Source of the DNA: Bdellovibrionota bacterium
GTDB lineage: Bacteria > Bdellovibrionota_C > UBA2361 > OMIW01
Length of the DNA: 48,385 nucleotides
Assembly: GCA_044345055.1 (NCBI GenBank)
Contig: JBIJBT010000009.1
Location: forward strand, 1-48,385
Direction of reading: 5' to 3'
Both the position numbers and the translations under genes were made by a program. Shown here piece after piece: positions 10,051-19,967 of this stretch. A model generated the notes under the pieces. The model made no database searches. It had not been told where the DNA came from and worked only from the letters and a program-made list of their open reading frames with translations. Positions within the stretch are counted from its first letter, which is position 1. Every line of letters begins with the position of its first letter.

Positions 10051-10683
10051 TCATCGAGCATCGGTCGTGCTCGACCTCATGAAAAGCTCCTCTCGTCGAT
10101 TCGCCAAATCTCGTGCAACGGCCTGAAACGCTCCTATTAAAAGCTCGCGACTTTTCTTCCAACCTGAGCCACCTCCCTCTCGCCGTTTACTTATATCAAG
10201 CCAATTTTCGCTAAGGGCTCTATCACGAAAAACATAGTCACCCTGCCAGAGTGGTCGCGAAGAAGAGACAGATTTTAACTTCATATCGGCTGCAACCTGC
10301 GCCGTTTTCTGGGCTCCTACCGCGGAGCCATCTCGTGGGCTCAGCTCTCGTACATGAACCTCCAACACCGCATCTGCACGAGCCGAATCTCCGAGAAATG
10401 CGGCATCTCCCCACTCTGCATTCATCGCCTCGGCCAGAGCTGTGGTAAGACCTTGTGTATCCCCCTCGGGCAGGCTTTGACCAACAATCACTGGGGCAAT
10501 CGAGATAGTGTTTACGGATCTGAGCCCCTCCTCATTCACTACAGAGGATCGCAATCCTCGCAACTCTCCCGCGCTTACCGAAATCGGTGCCCGAGAGGAA
10601 CAACCCGTCACGCTAATTAAAAGCCCCGCGAACCCGCAGACGAACCCGCATTTAGCACCACCTCTTAATTTCTCAAAAAACAT
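10051..10683 (-). CDS. Hypothetical lipoprotein
   Basis: Signal peptide with lipobox ISVTG-C; alpha/beta pattern ADAVLEVHV and PLWQG reminiscent of LptE/CsgG-like outer-membrane lipoproteins; GGAG RBS. Confidence 0.7.
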   Translation of the reverse strand: MFFEKLRGGAKCGFVCGFAGLLISVTGCSSRAPISVSAGELRGLRSSVVNEEGLRSVNTISIAPVIVGQSLPEGDTQGLTTALAEAMNAEWGDAAFLGDSARADAVLEVHVRELSPRDGSAVGAQKTAQVAADMKLKSVSSSRPLWQGDYVFRDRALSENWLDISKRREGGGSGWKKSRELLIGAFQAVARDLANRREELFMRSSTTDAR

Positions 10684-11309
10684 AGTACTCCCTGATACTC
10701 AGATCGAATCTGCATCCTCCATCATTGAGGACTGAAACTATGACCAGTAAAGCCGCGCAAAATTTTCGATCGTTTCTAGCCCTATTGAACAATCTTCCTG
10801 ATAGGAAGAGCAATAGAGAGAAGAACGTCTTTACTAGTAAATCAGCGTTTGGCTAATGGTTAAAAATGAAAGAACGGCTCTTTTGATCACCGAATTATCC
10901 GAAAGACTGCAGAATAGAGTTACAATAATTCGATGGCAACACCGTACCACTCGGTGCACCTCACACGATTCAATAGGTCAAGGATCTTGTAAGAAGAGAT
11001 CTAACGATCGAGCCGATGACATTCATGTCGCGATTATGCTACCCTCAATCTCGTTCCGCTGCTCGATTAGTTAGCAACTCGGTTGACCTTTTCGGACTCC
11101 GCCTCCTGCTTTCGTGAATTACTCCCGCTGTTGCGGCGAAGTTTTTCGGGTACGAAGCAAGTTGGAATAACAATTCGAATAGGCTAATCTCAGCGAAGCT
11201 CAGAATATTCGGCTCGCAGTATTTCCGCCGAAAGCGGATATTTTCGGACCGATTCGTGTCGTGTATCGCAGACGCTTTTTTTGATTCAAAGTTTTTTAGA
11301 TTTTAAGTT

Positions 11310-11708
11310 ATGAGTACCAAAGCCACCGAAAAGATCACCGAAGCCCTGTCGCAACTACTAGAAGCATTTGCTGAACTTCAGGAGCAAATTGAAGAGGACC
11401 TTGGTGAAGAAGCTGATGAGGACGATGAAGAGGAGCGAGCCTCAGATTTAGAGGCCGGTATCATCAACGAAGTTCGCTCTGCTATCGAGGCTGTTATCGA
11501 GGCTGACGATTTTGCCGTAGAAGATTTTGCAGCTCTTGTTTCCTCAATAACTGAGGCGCTCGAGGAAATTGATCCAGATGTCTTCGAAGGTGCAGAAGAA
11601 GAGGAAGAAGAAGACGAGGATGAAGACGACGAGGACGAAGACCTCGAGTTTGATGACGACGAGGAAGACTTCGAGGATGAGGACGAAGAAGAGGAAGAAG
11701 ACGACTAG
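11310..11708 (+). CDS. Highly acidic hypothetical protein
   Basis: 66 of 132 residues are D/E; amphipathic helical core followed by a poly-acidic tail; GAR/GAY codon periodicity supports coding. Confidence 0.85.
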   Translation: MSTKATEKITEALSQLLEAFAELQEQIEEDLGEEADEDDEEERASDLEAGIINEVRSAIEAVIEADDFAVEDFAALVSSITEALEEIDPDVFEGAEEEEEEDEDEDDEDEDLEFDDDEEDFEDEDEEEEEDD

Positions 11709-11881
11709 AGATTGGTTCCGAATTGATTTATCCCAGCGGAGTATCGTTGGGATAAATGAATCAAAAATAGCCTTAAAACAAGCTATTTAGAAATATCAAT
11801 TTTTTTTGATATAATCTTTTTGGTACGATCATCGAGCTTGGATAGAGTATTTCAGCCTAAACAGCCCGACTCTACTCTAAT

Positions 11882-11929
11882 TTATTCGAATTTTCAGTTA
11901 TTCGACTTCTCCGTTATTCGAATTTTTTC
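11882..11929. repeat. Three imperfect 16-bp tandem repeats with core TTATTCGA
   Basis: TTATTCGA at 11882, 11898 and 11914 (period 16). Confidence 0.6.
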
Positions 11930-11984
11930 TAAGTGCACTATTTCAGCGCTCTCAGAATCAATTCGGAATCCTCTAAAAGGTACC

Positions 11985-12470
11985 TTAACTAAATCTCTGG
12001 TGCAGTCTATCAACAACGATCGGCGGCACAAGTTTAGAAACATCTCCGCCGAGCATCGCGACCTGCCTAACCACAGAGGAGCTTATATACGAGACCTCCT
12101 CTCGCGCCATTAAAAAAAATGTTTCTATTGCTGGCCGAAGGTGACGATTAGTGAGCGCCATCTGGCCCTCATATTCATAGTCACTTACTGCTCGCAAACC
12201 GCGCAGGACAATCCGAGCACCCCGAGTCTCTACAAAATCAACTAGAAGACCAGTAAAACTCTCAACAGCTACACGATCCCCAAACGGTTGACACACCTCC
12301 TGGATCATCTTCACTCGTTCTTCAGCAGAAAAGAGTGGTTGCTTGCTCGGGTTCCACACAACTCCGACGACGATCCGCTCAAAAAAAGGCAAAGATCGGC
12401 TGACGATATCGAGATGGCCATTTGTGAATGGATCGAATGAGCCGGGATATACTGCTATTGCTGCCTGCAT
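11985..12470 (-). CDS. coaD: Phosphopantetheine adenylyltransferase
   Basis: YPGSFDPFTNGHLDI, RGLRAVSDYEYE and ISSSVVR motifs. Confidence 0.98.
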   Translation of the reverse strand: MQAAIAVYPGSFDPFTNGHLDIVSRSLPFFERIVVGVVWNPSKQPLFSAEERVKMIQEVCQPFGDRVAVESFTGLLVDFVETRGARIVLRGLRAVSDYEYEGQMALTNRHLRPAIETFFLMAREEVSYISSSVVRQVAMLGGDVSKLVPPIVVDRLHQRFS

Positions 12471-12669
12471 GGTAGTATCTCCTCTCTAGTGCAACTGTTA
12501 AGCAAATAAAGGCCGACGAGCGTTGCGTCGGGTGAGGCAACGGAACATTCTCACAAGTATGACAACCTCACAGTTAAGGATTGTCGTGTGGCTCGAACAG
12601 CTTGATAAACGCAGGATTGGTTGAGGGTTCTCAAACTAAATAGTCGCTTTTTTTGGAGCATCTGAACAG

Positions 12670-13908
12670 ATGACACTCGACTCACTCAATACCTCCTGGA
12701 ACTTTACCGCTCTTTTTTCTGCATACATCGGCGGAGTAATCTCGAGTCTGACTCCTTGCGTTTATCCTCTCATACCGATAACGCTCTCTATAGTAGGTGC
12801 TCGAGATGCAAGAACTCGATTGCAATCTTTCGGTCGAGCATCGCTCTATGTGGGAGGTATGACGATAGCATATACCACACTCGGGATTATATCGGCTCGC
12901 GCGGGTTCTCTTTTTGGAGCCACTTTTCAGCGGCCCGGATTCATTATTCCCTTCTCACTTTTTCTTTTGCTACTCGCTTTGAGTGAGCTCGACATTCTGC
13001 CGATCTCATTTTTCTCCCGTATTCAGGGGGGAGCAAGCCGGTTTGGCGGGGGCAAAAGTAGACTCTCAATTGTAGTCATGGGGGGAGCAAGCGGACTGGT
13101 TGCCGCTCCATGTATTGGCCCGATTCTCGCTGGAATTTTAAGTATTGCTGCTTCATCAGGAAGTACCACCTGGGGAGGTCTCCTTCTTTTTGCGTACTCT
13201 CTTGGCCTTGGGACCCTCTTCCTCATACTGGGGACATTCTCGGATATAATCCACCACCTTCCGCGCTCAGGCCAATGGCTCAATGGTATAAAAAGCCTAC
13301 TTGCGATCGCTCTTTTAGTCGTTGCTATTCGCTTTATCCAGCCATGGATCCCTTTTTTCAGCGCGCCTCCTCTTGTGGCTCTTGGTGTTGGGATATCTTG
13401 CTTATTTCTTCTTTTACAGAGCTACTCTCGGAATTGGCGTTTATTTAGAGGTGTTGGAGCACTCGGCTGTGCATTGGTCATCAGCTCGCAGCTGCTTTAT
13501 TGGGAAACATCGAGCGCTAAAAACGATGCCAATCAACAGGCGAAAACCTCCCTCCTATACTGGTTTGATTCCCTGGAGGAGGCAAAGCAGGCGGCGAGTA
13601 TCTCCAAAAAACCCATTCTTATCGATTTTTTCGCTGATTGGTGCGCCGCCTGTAAGGAGATTGATTCGATAACATTCGCCGATCCTGAAGTAAAACAGGA
13701 GTTAAATAAATATTGGGTTCTAGTTCGGATTGATCTGACAAATCCAGACCCAGATAAGGAACTTATTCAACAGACCTTTACCGTTCAAGGTTTGCCAACT
13801 ATCCTCTTTATGCCACCTGCCAGCTCGACCGAAAGCCAAACCCGAATAACTGAATTTATTGAACCAAAAAAGTTTATTAGTACTCTTCGGACTCTACGCG
13901 GGGCATAA
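12670..13908 (+). CDS. dsbD: DsbD-family thiol:disulfide interchange protein (CcdA membrane domain plus thioredoxin; no N-terminal Ig-like domain)
   Basis: LTPCVYPLIP, APCIGP, LPRSGQW and DFFADWCAACK motifs. Confidence 0.88.
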   Translation: MTLDSLNTSWNFTALFSAYIGGVISSLTPCVYPLIPITLSIVGARDARTRLQSFGRASLYVGGMTIAYTTLGIISARAGSLFGATFQRPGFIIPFSLFLLLLALSELDILPISFFSRIQGGASRFGGGKSRLSIVVMGGASGLVAAPCIGPILAGILSIAASSGSTTWGGLLLFAYSLGLGTLFLILGTFSDIIHHLPRSGQWLNGIKSLLAIALLVVAIRFIQPWIPFFSAPPLVALGVGISCLFLLLQSYSRNWRLFRGVGALGCALVISSQLLYWETSSAKNDANQQAKTSLLYWFDSLEEAKQAASISKKPILIDFFADWCAACKEIDSITFADPEVKQELNKYWVLVRIDLTNPDPDKELIQQTFTVQGLPTILFMPPASSTESQTRITEFIEPKKFISTLRTLRGA

Positions 13909-14061
13909 AAAGGAGAGTCTTGTCCTGTTGCACGATCATCCACTTCTTTTGGTAGTGAAGAGTTCTGGTTGGTGGTGGCATCTCAATGTATTGAGCACCC
14001 TTTTACGGGCTTTCTCCTGAATTTATCTCTTACCCAAAGTTCCCCAGAGAGGATATAAACG

Positions 14062-15549
14062 GTGAATCAAATCTTCTGCCCACCTTACGAGATTGTTGAG
14101 GAATTAGAAGCCGGCAAAAAATATCGGGCAATTTCTCCGGAATCGGGGCAAGTTGTTGCGATTCGGGTTGTGCGGGTCGACAGAGGATCGCAGCCGGATG
14201 CAGCTTTGCTCGTTCGATTGCAGGCGTGGATTGACCAGATGTTGGGGTTGTCGCACCCGCATATTGCTCGTCTTCTTGATGTAAAACACGGAGAGTCTGA
14301 GGTTTTTCTAATCTCTGAATGGTGCGATGGTAGCTCCATTAGAGATCTAATTCAGAGTCAACAAGAGTTGGCGCACCCACTTATTGTATATTACATGCAG
14401 CAGGTAGCCGCTGGCCTTGATTTTCTTCATAGCAAAGGGGTCTGCCATCGCGATTTTAGCCTTCAACGGATTCTTATTGATCCAGGTGGTACAGCAAAAG
14501 TTATCGATGCAGGTATTCTCGGAATTCTTCCTGATGAGCTAAAACAGGGTGGACTGAGCGGTTCGGAGCGCGGTTACATTTCCCCCGAGGAGCTACTCGG
14601 TAAGGGACCAAGTGAAGAGGCGGATCGATACCGATTCACTGTCGCGTGCTTTGAACTGGTGGCAGGGACAATACCATTTGTTGGCGACAGCCCAATGGAG
14701 CTGCGCGAAGATATACTCAGGGGCAAAATCACCATTCCTTCGGCAAGAAATAGAAATTTGCCTCGACACCTCGTCAAAGTTTTTGAAAAAGCACTTTCAA
14801 GAGATCTGGCCGATCGACCAACAACTGCGAGTCACCTGATTAAACCACTCTCTCACACCGCCTCTCACTATACTGGGCTCGCGCTGGCGGGGAATAATCC
14901 GATTGAAAAGAAAGATGTGAATCCGGGGAGAGCGTCTCGAGTTCCTCGCGCACTTACTGTAGTTGGGCTCGGAGCCCTTTTCGGAATTGCGATTTTATCG
15001 AGTCGACTCGGCCGGATTGTTGCTCCTCAGCAAAAAGCTCATTCCAGTCTGGCAGTTCAACAAGTCTTCCAGCCTTCGTCCGGGGATAACAACCAGAATG
15101 GCGGAGGGAACGGTGCAAAAGGGCTTGTATCGGGAGAGCTTCTGTCTATTGCACGCCGCAGGACTGGAGCAGAGGACGAGCTTATTCCGGCTCTTGAATC
15201 GATACTTAATGGATCACCAACCTCTCCCGTGACAGCTCAGCAACGAGAGCTGTTATCCCTCGCCACGCGTCACGACAATCCCGCAATTCGACGCTTTGTC
15301 GTTAAGGTTATCTCAAGTCGCGAGGTAACTGAGCTGGGCGGAGAGCTGCTAGAGTTACTCCTTGATGATTCACCGACCGTTCGTTCTGCAGCTATTCAGG
15401 CACTCCAGACAACCCTTGCTCCGGTACCTGTTTCAACACTCGCTCTGCGAGCTGCGGGAGAATCAGACCCCTTAATTCACTCCAAGATTATGGAATTGGC
15501 CCGAGCTCTTGAGGTTGAGGGTCGACTGTCTAAGGGGCACCAAAGATAG
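14062..15549 (+). CDS. Hanks-type Ser/Thr kinase-fold membrane protein (probable pseudokinase) with C-terminal HEAT-like repeats
   Basis: LSHPHIA, HRD, YISPE and FELVAG-PF motifs; TM at about aa 297-315; DDSPTVRSAAIQAL HEAT-like repeat. Confidence 0.85.
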   Translation: MNQIFCPPYEIVEELEAGKKYRAISPESGQVVAIRVVRVDRGSQPDAALLVRLQAWIDQMLGLSHPHIARLLDVKHGESEVFLISEWCDGSSIRDLIQSQQELAHPLIVYYMQQVAAGLDFLHSKGVCHRDFSLQRILIDPGGTAKVIDAGILGILPDELKQGGLSGSERGYISPEELLGKGPSEEADRYRFTVACFELVAGTIPFVGDSPMELREDILRGKITIPSARNRNLPRHLVKVFEKALSRDLADRPTTASHLIKPLSHTASHYTGLALAGNNPIEKKDVNPGRASRVPRALTVVGLGALFGIAILSSRLGRIVAPQQKAHSSLAVQQVFQPSSGDNNQNGGGNGAKGLVSGELLSIARRRTGAEDELIPALESILNGSPTSPVTAQQRELLSLATRHDNPAIRRFVVKVISSREVTELGGELLELLLDDSPTVRSAAIQALQTTLAPVPVSTLALRAAGESDPLIHSKIMELARALEVEGRLSKGHQR

Positions 15550-15624
15550 CGGGTGCTTATTTGGTTGATGAAATTTATAGCAGCTCAATAATTTACGAGA
15601 TCAATTTTGCTCCCAGACTCGGCG

Positions 15625-16398
15625 ATGAATCAGGAAATCCCGCCCTTACGCCCTCTCCGTTCGTTGCTTTTTACACTGCTCATTCAGACTGCCACACTAA
15701 TAATTACCCTCCCGATTGAACGGGGATTTTTATCGGCTTTTTTGCAGACTTTCTCTGCATTAGTACTTTCACGAGTATCTCGACTCAGCACACCGTGGCT
15801 GCTCTGTAATCTAATTCTTCCAGTCGCAACGCAGATTGAAATTAGTTCCTGGATACCTCTTAGTGGATTAGTGCTTGGGCTTCTTATTTTTTCACCTACC
15901 CTTCGGGAACCGATTCCGTTCTACCCAACTCGGCCAAAAGTATACCAGGAGCTTGCAGATATCGTCGCCCAAAAAAAAGTTCGACGATGCATTGATCTTG
16001 GCTCAGGTTTTGGATCTGTTCTTTTTGCCCTTGCTCCTCTCTTTCCTGAAACTACCTTTATTGGATACGAGATCGGAATATTCCCATTAACGCTCGCTCG
16101 CGTTCGATCGTGGTGGCATCCAAATGTACGATTCATCCGAAAATCTCTGTGGGATGCAGATCTAGGGAGCTTTGATTGCATATACGCTTTTCTATCCCCT
16201 CCTCCAATGGCAGCCCTGGAGGAAAAACTTCTTAAGGAGATGAATTCCTCTGCAACCTTCATAACCAATTCGTTTCCGCTACCTAATTCGCAATCGAACT
16301 ATTCGGTGACGATTGGTGGTCAGTCGCTCCTCACATACAGACGGTGCGACTTAGGAATCAAAAGAGAGCATCTCATTAATACAGCCTCGCTTCTTTGA
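15625..16398 (+). CDS. Membrane-anchored class I SAM-dependent methyltransferase
   Basis: Hydrophobic N-terminus; PFYPT, IDLGSGFG, GYEI, IYAFLSP and ITNSF motifs; ATG at 15625 preferred over TTG at 15607. Confidence 0.85.
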   Translation: MNQEIPPLRPLRSLLFTLLIQTATLIITLPIERGFLSAFLQTFSALVLSRVSRLSTPWLLCNLILPVATQIEISSWIPLSGLVLGLLIFSPTLREPIPFYPTRPKVYQELADIVAQKKVRRCIDLGSGFGSVLFALAPLFPETTFIGYEIGIFPLTLARVRSWWHPNVRFIRKSLWDADLGSFDCIYAFLSPPPMAALEEKLLKEMNSSATFITNSFPLPNSQSNYSVTIGGQSLLTYRRCDLGIKREHLINTASLL

Positions 16399-16441
16399 TA
16401 CATAGATTAGGGTTAAACCGAATCTGTTACCGATCTTAGTT

Positions 16442-16897
16442 ATGGCACTTAAAAATTCCGACCCGAGGACCACACACCGAAGCAGCACTCATAATACCTC
16501 CAAAACTGAACACGACTCTCCCTACCTCCGTTTTCTGCTACTTGGCACCCTTGTTCTTGGATTAGTGAGTGTTGTTGCTCGTCTTGGTGCAGGGCTTCAT
16601 CCAGGAGTAGCCCTCCTTATTGGAATAAATTGTGCGGCGCTCTTTTTATGTGGCTTTGACAAGTCAGTTGCGGTGAGTGGTAAAACGCGTATTCCTGAAG
16701 GAGTACTCTTAGCGTTTTGCCTCATCGGAGGGACCGTAGGACTTATTTTAGGAATGTTTTTGTTTCGTCACAAAATACGAAAAGCTTCGTTTATCTTCAG
16801 CTTATTGCTTATTCTCGTTGTACAGATTCAGATTCTTCGATCAACTGGATTTATCGAAGCTGTGCAGGGCCGAGCAGCAGAAGAAGAAATTGAATAG
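16442..16897 (+). CDS. DUF1294 family membrane protein
   Basis: GFDK-A, RIPE-LL, GG-G and FRHKIRK motifs. Confidence 0.88.
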   Translation: MALKNSDPRTTHRSSTHNTSKTEHDSPYLRFLLLGTLVLGLVSVVARLGAGLHPGVALLIGINCAALFLCGFDKSVAVSGKTRIPEGVLLAFCLIGGTVGLILGMFLFRHKIRKASFIFSLLLILVVQIQILRSTGFIEAVQGRAAEEEIE

Positions 16898-16920
16898 TCC
16901 CAAATCGTCGGCAACAAACT

Positions 16921-17754
16921 CTACCATACCTCAATAAACAAACCCGCTGCATCAGCGGAGCGCACAATAGCATCGGGCTTCAAAAGGAGCGCCCTCTTCT
17001 CCTCCAACACAAGTCCCGCCGCATTCGCCTTTTTTAGCACCGCTATCGTCTGCTCTCCTACTGCAGGGAGATCAAGTCGCATATCCTGTTGCGGTTTTGC
17101 TCGCTTTACCACGATCACCCCAGGCCCCGCTAGCGCACCTGCACGCTCAATCGTTGCATCGGTACCCTCTACGCCCTCAACAGCAACAACCACACCATCC
17201 TTAACACAGACCGTCTGCCCGATATCGAGAGAGCCTATAACGGCCGCCGCTCGCCATCCGACATCGGCAGATTTTCTCTCGTCATCTCTAATCGCTCGAC
17301 GGGTCAAGCACCCTCTCGATGGCAAACTATCAGCAAGAAGCTGCTCAGCTCCAATAACTTCCATCCCCTCCGATGCAAGCTCCTCGGCGATGCCACGCAA
17401 TATTTCATCATCGCGTAGCGAACCAACCCGAGCGATGACCCGCAACGCTCGCCAATCTGGACGAGCACCCTGGAAAATACCCACTCGACGAATTCCACCG
17501 GAGCAGATCACCGATGCCACTTTGTGTTTTTTAAAAAAACGAATTATTGCCCCAAGCTGACCGACCCTAATCCAACGAACCACTCTTCCATCTTCTGCTA
17601 TCGCTGGATCGGTCTCCCCTCGATGAGCAATTATAACAACAGGTAGCCCGCGCCGTTCAGCTTCTGCGATGCACTCGATTGGAAACTGCCCGTTGCCCGC
17701 GATGATACCGATTGGGGGAACAAGGATGCGATTTGGGCTACTGGTATCTTTCAT
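16921..17754 (-). CDS. lpxI: UDP-2,3-diacylglucosamine pyrophosphatase LpxI
   Basis: GIIAGNGQFP, DIGQTV, AVEGVEGTD and KPQQDMRLDLPAVG motifs; ATG at 17754 avoids overlap with lpxA. Confidence 0.93.
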   Translation of the reverse strand: MKDTSSPNRILVPPIGIIAGNGQFPIECIAEAERRGLPVVIIAHRGETDPAIAEDGRVVRWIRVGQLGAIIRFFKKHKVASVICSGGIRRVGIFQGARPDWRALRVIARVGSLRDDEILRGIAEELASEGMEVIGAEQLLADSLPSRGCLTRRAIRDDERKSADVGWRAAAVIGSLDIGQTVCVKDGVVVAVEGVEGTDATIERAGALAGPGVIVVKRAKPQQDMRLDLPAVGEQTIAVLKKANAAGLVLEEKRALLLKPDAIVRSADAAGLFIEVW

Positions 17755-17846
17755 GACAAAACCCAAAATCGCGACAACGATACCGCTCTTGTAACCCGTG
17801 TTTCTTTTAGCCCTTCCAACACGATTCGCATAAAAGGGGGCGTCTA

Positions 17847-18668
17847 CTAACCCTCCTCCCCCTGTCGTGAGCGCATAGAGCAAACTCCTCGCTCGGAATT
17901 GCGTACGAAATCAAGAAGCAGCCTTACCAATTCTCCCTGAGAATCTTCACCGCCTGCTGCGCTATTGGTTAGTGCATCAAGGCGCTCTTGCCAGGTTCCA
18001 GCTCCGAGGAAAAGTTTGCGAAACACTGAACGCGCCTGAGCAATATCAGAATCACTAAATCCAGCCCGCTCCAGACCTATTTTATTTATTCCCGCAAGGC
18101 CCGCTCGGTCGCCCTGAGCTATCGAAAATGGTGGAACATCCTTTGCAACCATCGACCCTGCGCCGATCATCGCGTAATCACCTATTCGCACAAATTGATG
18201 TATACCGACCATACCACCCACGGTAACTCTATTGCCGATCACAACATGACCCGCTACCGCAGCAGAGTTTGCAAATACGCACCCACTACCCACAATAACG
18301 TCGTGCGCGATATGTGCAGAGGACATGAAAAGATTTCGATCCCCGATTCGGGTAACCATCCCCCCGCCCTCAGTACCTGGCTGAAGGGTGACAAATTCTC
18401 GAATCGTATTTCCATTCCCTATTTCGAGACGGCTTGGTTCACCCCGAAACTTAAGGTCCTGAGGAGGAGCTCCAATTGAAGAAAATTGAAAGAGCCGGTT
18501 ATCGTCTCCAACCGTTGTGAATCCATCGATCACAACGTGAGGACCAATCTGATTATTTTTTCCTATCTGAACCTGTGGCCCGATAATCGAAAAGGGGCCA
18601 ATCACTGAGCCTGCCCCTATGGTAGCACCATCGGCGACTATCGCGGTCGGGTGAATAGATGGTGTCAT
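17847..18668 (-). CDS. lpxA: Acyl-ACP--UDP-GlcNAc O-acyltransferase
   Basis: IHPTAIV hexapeptide repeats, PQDLKF, HIAHD, HQFVRIG and DVPPF motifs. Confidence 0.97.
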   Translation of the reverse strand: MTPSIHPTAIVADGATIGAGSVIGPFSIIGPQVQIGKNNQIGPHVVIDGFTTVGDDNRLFQFSSIGAPPQDLKFRGEPSRLEIGNGNTIREFVTLQPGTEGGGMVTRIGDRNLFMSSAHIAHDVIVGSGCVFANSAAVAGHVVIGNRVTVGGMVGIHQFVRIGDYAMIGAGSMVAKDVPPFSIAQGDRAGLAGINKIGLERAGFSDSDIAQARSVFRKLFLGAGTWQERLDALTNSAAGGEDSQGELVRLLLDFVRNSERGVCSMRSRQGEEG

Positions 18669-18737
18669 ACGGATTCCTAAAAGGGGAATTGAGCCCTCGG
18701 CACATCATCGAGGCAAAAGAGACTACTAACCGGCCCG

Positions 18738-19184
18738 TTAATCCGATTCTGCAGCGCTCACTGTTCCTGAGGCAACGAGTACACCATCTACAGTAACTTC
18801 ACCGTGCATCACCCACAGAGGGCGGCGCTTCTTTACAGAACGAACATGAATCCGGAGAACATCGCCGGGAATTACCTGCTTCTTGAATTTGACGTCCTGC
18901 GCACCGACCAAAAATACCGTTTTCCCGGGAGCGATTCCATCTGAAGATATCTTCGCGAGAACCGCAGCTGTTTGAGCGATCGCCTCAACGATGAGAACGC
19001 CTGGCATTACTGGCCGACCGGGAAAATGTCCTTGAAAAAAAGGCTCATTTACCGTGACTGCTTTAACTCCGACAGCCTCGACATTATCAGTAAATTCGAC
19101 AATTTTATCGAGCAGGAGAAAAGGATACCGATGGGGTAAACACTCCTGAATCTGTCGCACATCTAAAAAACTTTTCTCTGCCAC
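18738..19184 (-). CDS. fabZ: 3-hydroxyacyl-ACP dehydratase
   Basis: LPHRYPFLLLD and EPFFQGHFPGRPVMPGVLIVEA motifs. Confidence 0.97.
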   Translation of the reverse strand: MAEKSFLDVRQIQECLPHRYPFLLLDKIVEFTDNVEAVGVKAVTVNEPFFQGHFPGRPVMPGVLIVEAIAQTAAVLAKISSDGIAPGKTVFLVGAQDVKFKKQVIPGDVLRIHVRSVKKRRPLWVMHGEVTVDGVLVASGTVSAAESD

Positions 19185-19323
19185 CGTCCTATACCCTCCA
19201 CGCCCCGTTTCGTTACTGAAATGATTTTTTATTAATGCCGAATCATGGTCATCTCAATCTCTTACAACTTTAGAGATTAGATACTAATCCTTTTAAATCT
19301 TCGCAATTGATGGAGTAAACATC

Positions 19324-19845
19324 TTACCTTCCGTCGAGCCTTGAAATAACTTCATCGGAGATATCGAGCTTCTTATCATAGAAAAGCACAAGCCGCGGGT
19401 CCGAATCAATTATTACGCCGTACCGCCCAGAGGCACCCATCTCTTTAATGATTGCATCAATTTTGTTTACCACTTTTCCAATTTCAGCGCGATTTTTACG
19501 GGTGATAACATCACGTTGATCCTCAAGTGCTACCCGCAAAGCGCGTTCCTTTTTTCTTAGTTCGCCTTGCTTTTCCTCAAGCGCTGTACCCGATAGTACA
19601 TCAGCCTGTTTTTGGATTGCTTTTTCAAGCGCCTCAAATTCCGATTTGAGCGATGCGATTCGCGATTCCCCCTTTTTGACCTCTGCTTCGACCTCTTGAC
19701 GCGCCCTTTGACCAGCTTTAGAGGTCGTAATCACCCGCTGCACATCAACGACCGACACCCGAGCCTCCGCTTCGACGGATTGGGAGAAACCAGCTAATAC
19801 CAATGCTCCAAGGAGCACCGAACGGCACATTTCGCTACATCTCAT
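19324..19845 (-). CDS. skp: OmpH/Skp periplasmic chaperone
   Basis: Signal peptide, VVDVQRVI, coiled coil, DISDEVI at the C-terminus; directly downstream of bamA. Confidence 0.92.
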   Translation of the reverse strand: MRCSEMCRSVLLGALVLAGFSQSVEAEARVSVVDVQRVITTSKAGQRARQEVEAEVKKGESRIASLKSEFEALEKAIQKQADVLSGTALEEKQGELRKKERALRVALEDQRDVITRKNRAEIGKVVNKIDAIIKEMGASGRYGVIIDSDPRLVLFYDKKLDISDEVISRLDGR

Positions 19846-19967
19846 GAAATATTCCTTTTCCTTAAGAGGGAAAAAACTCTTACAAAACTTCCTTCAAGTG
19901 CGAAAGACGATACCAATAAGATTACGCAAGAGCAATCCTTGCACCCTTTAGCACCTCAGCATCACTG

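Noticed and set aside
17755..17883. N-terminal extension of LpxI overlapping lpxA
   Set aside because: The LpxI domain begins just after the ATG at 17754; the extension has no family features.
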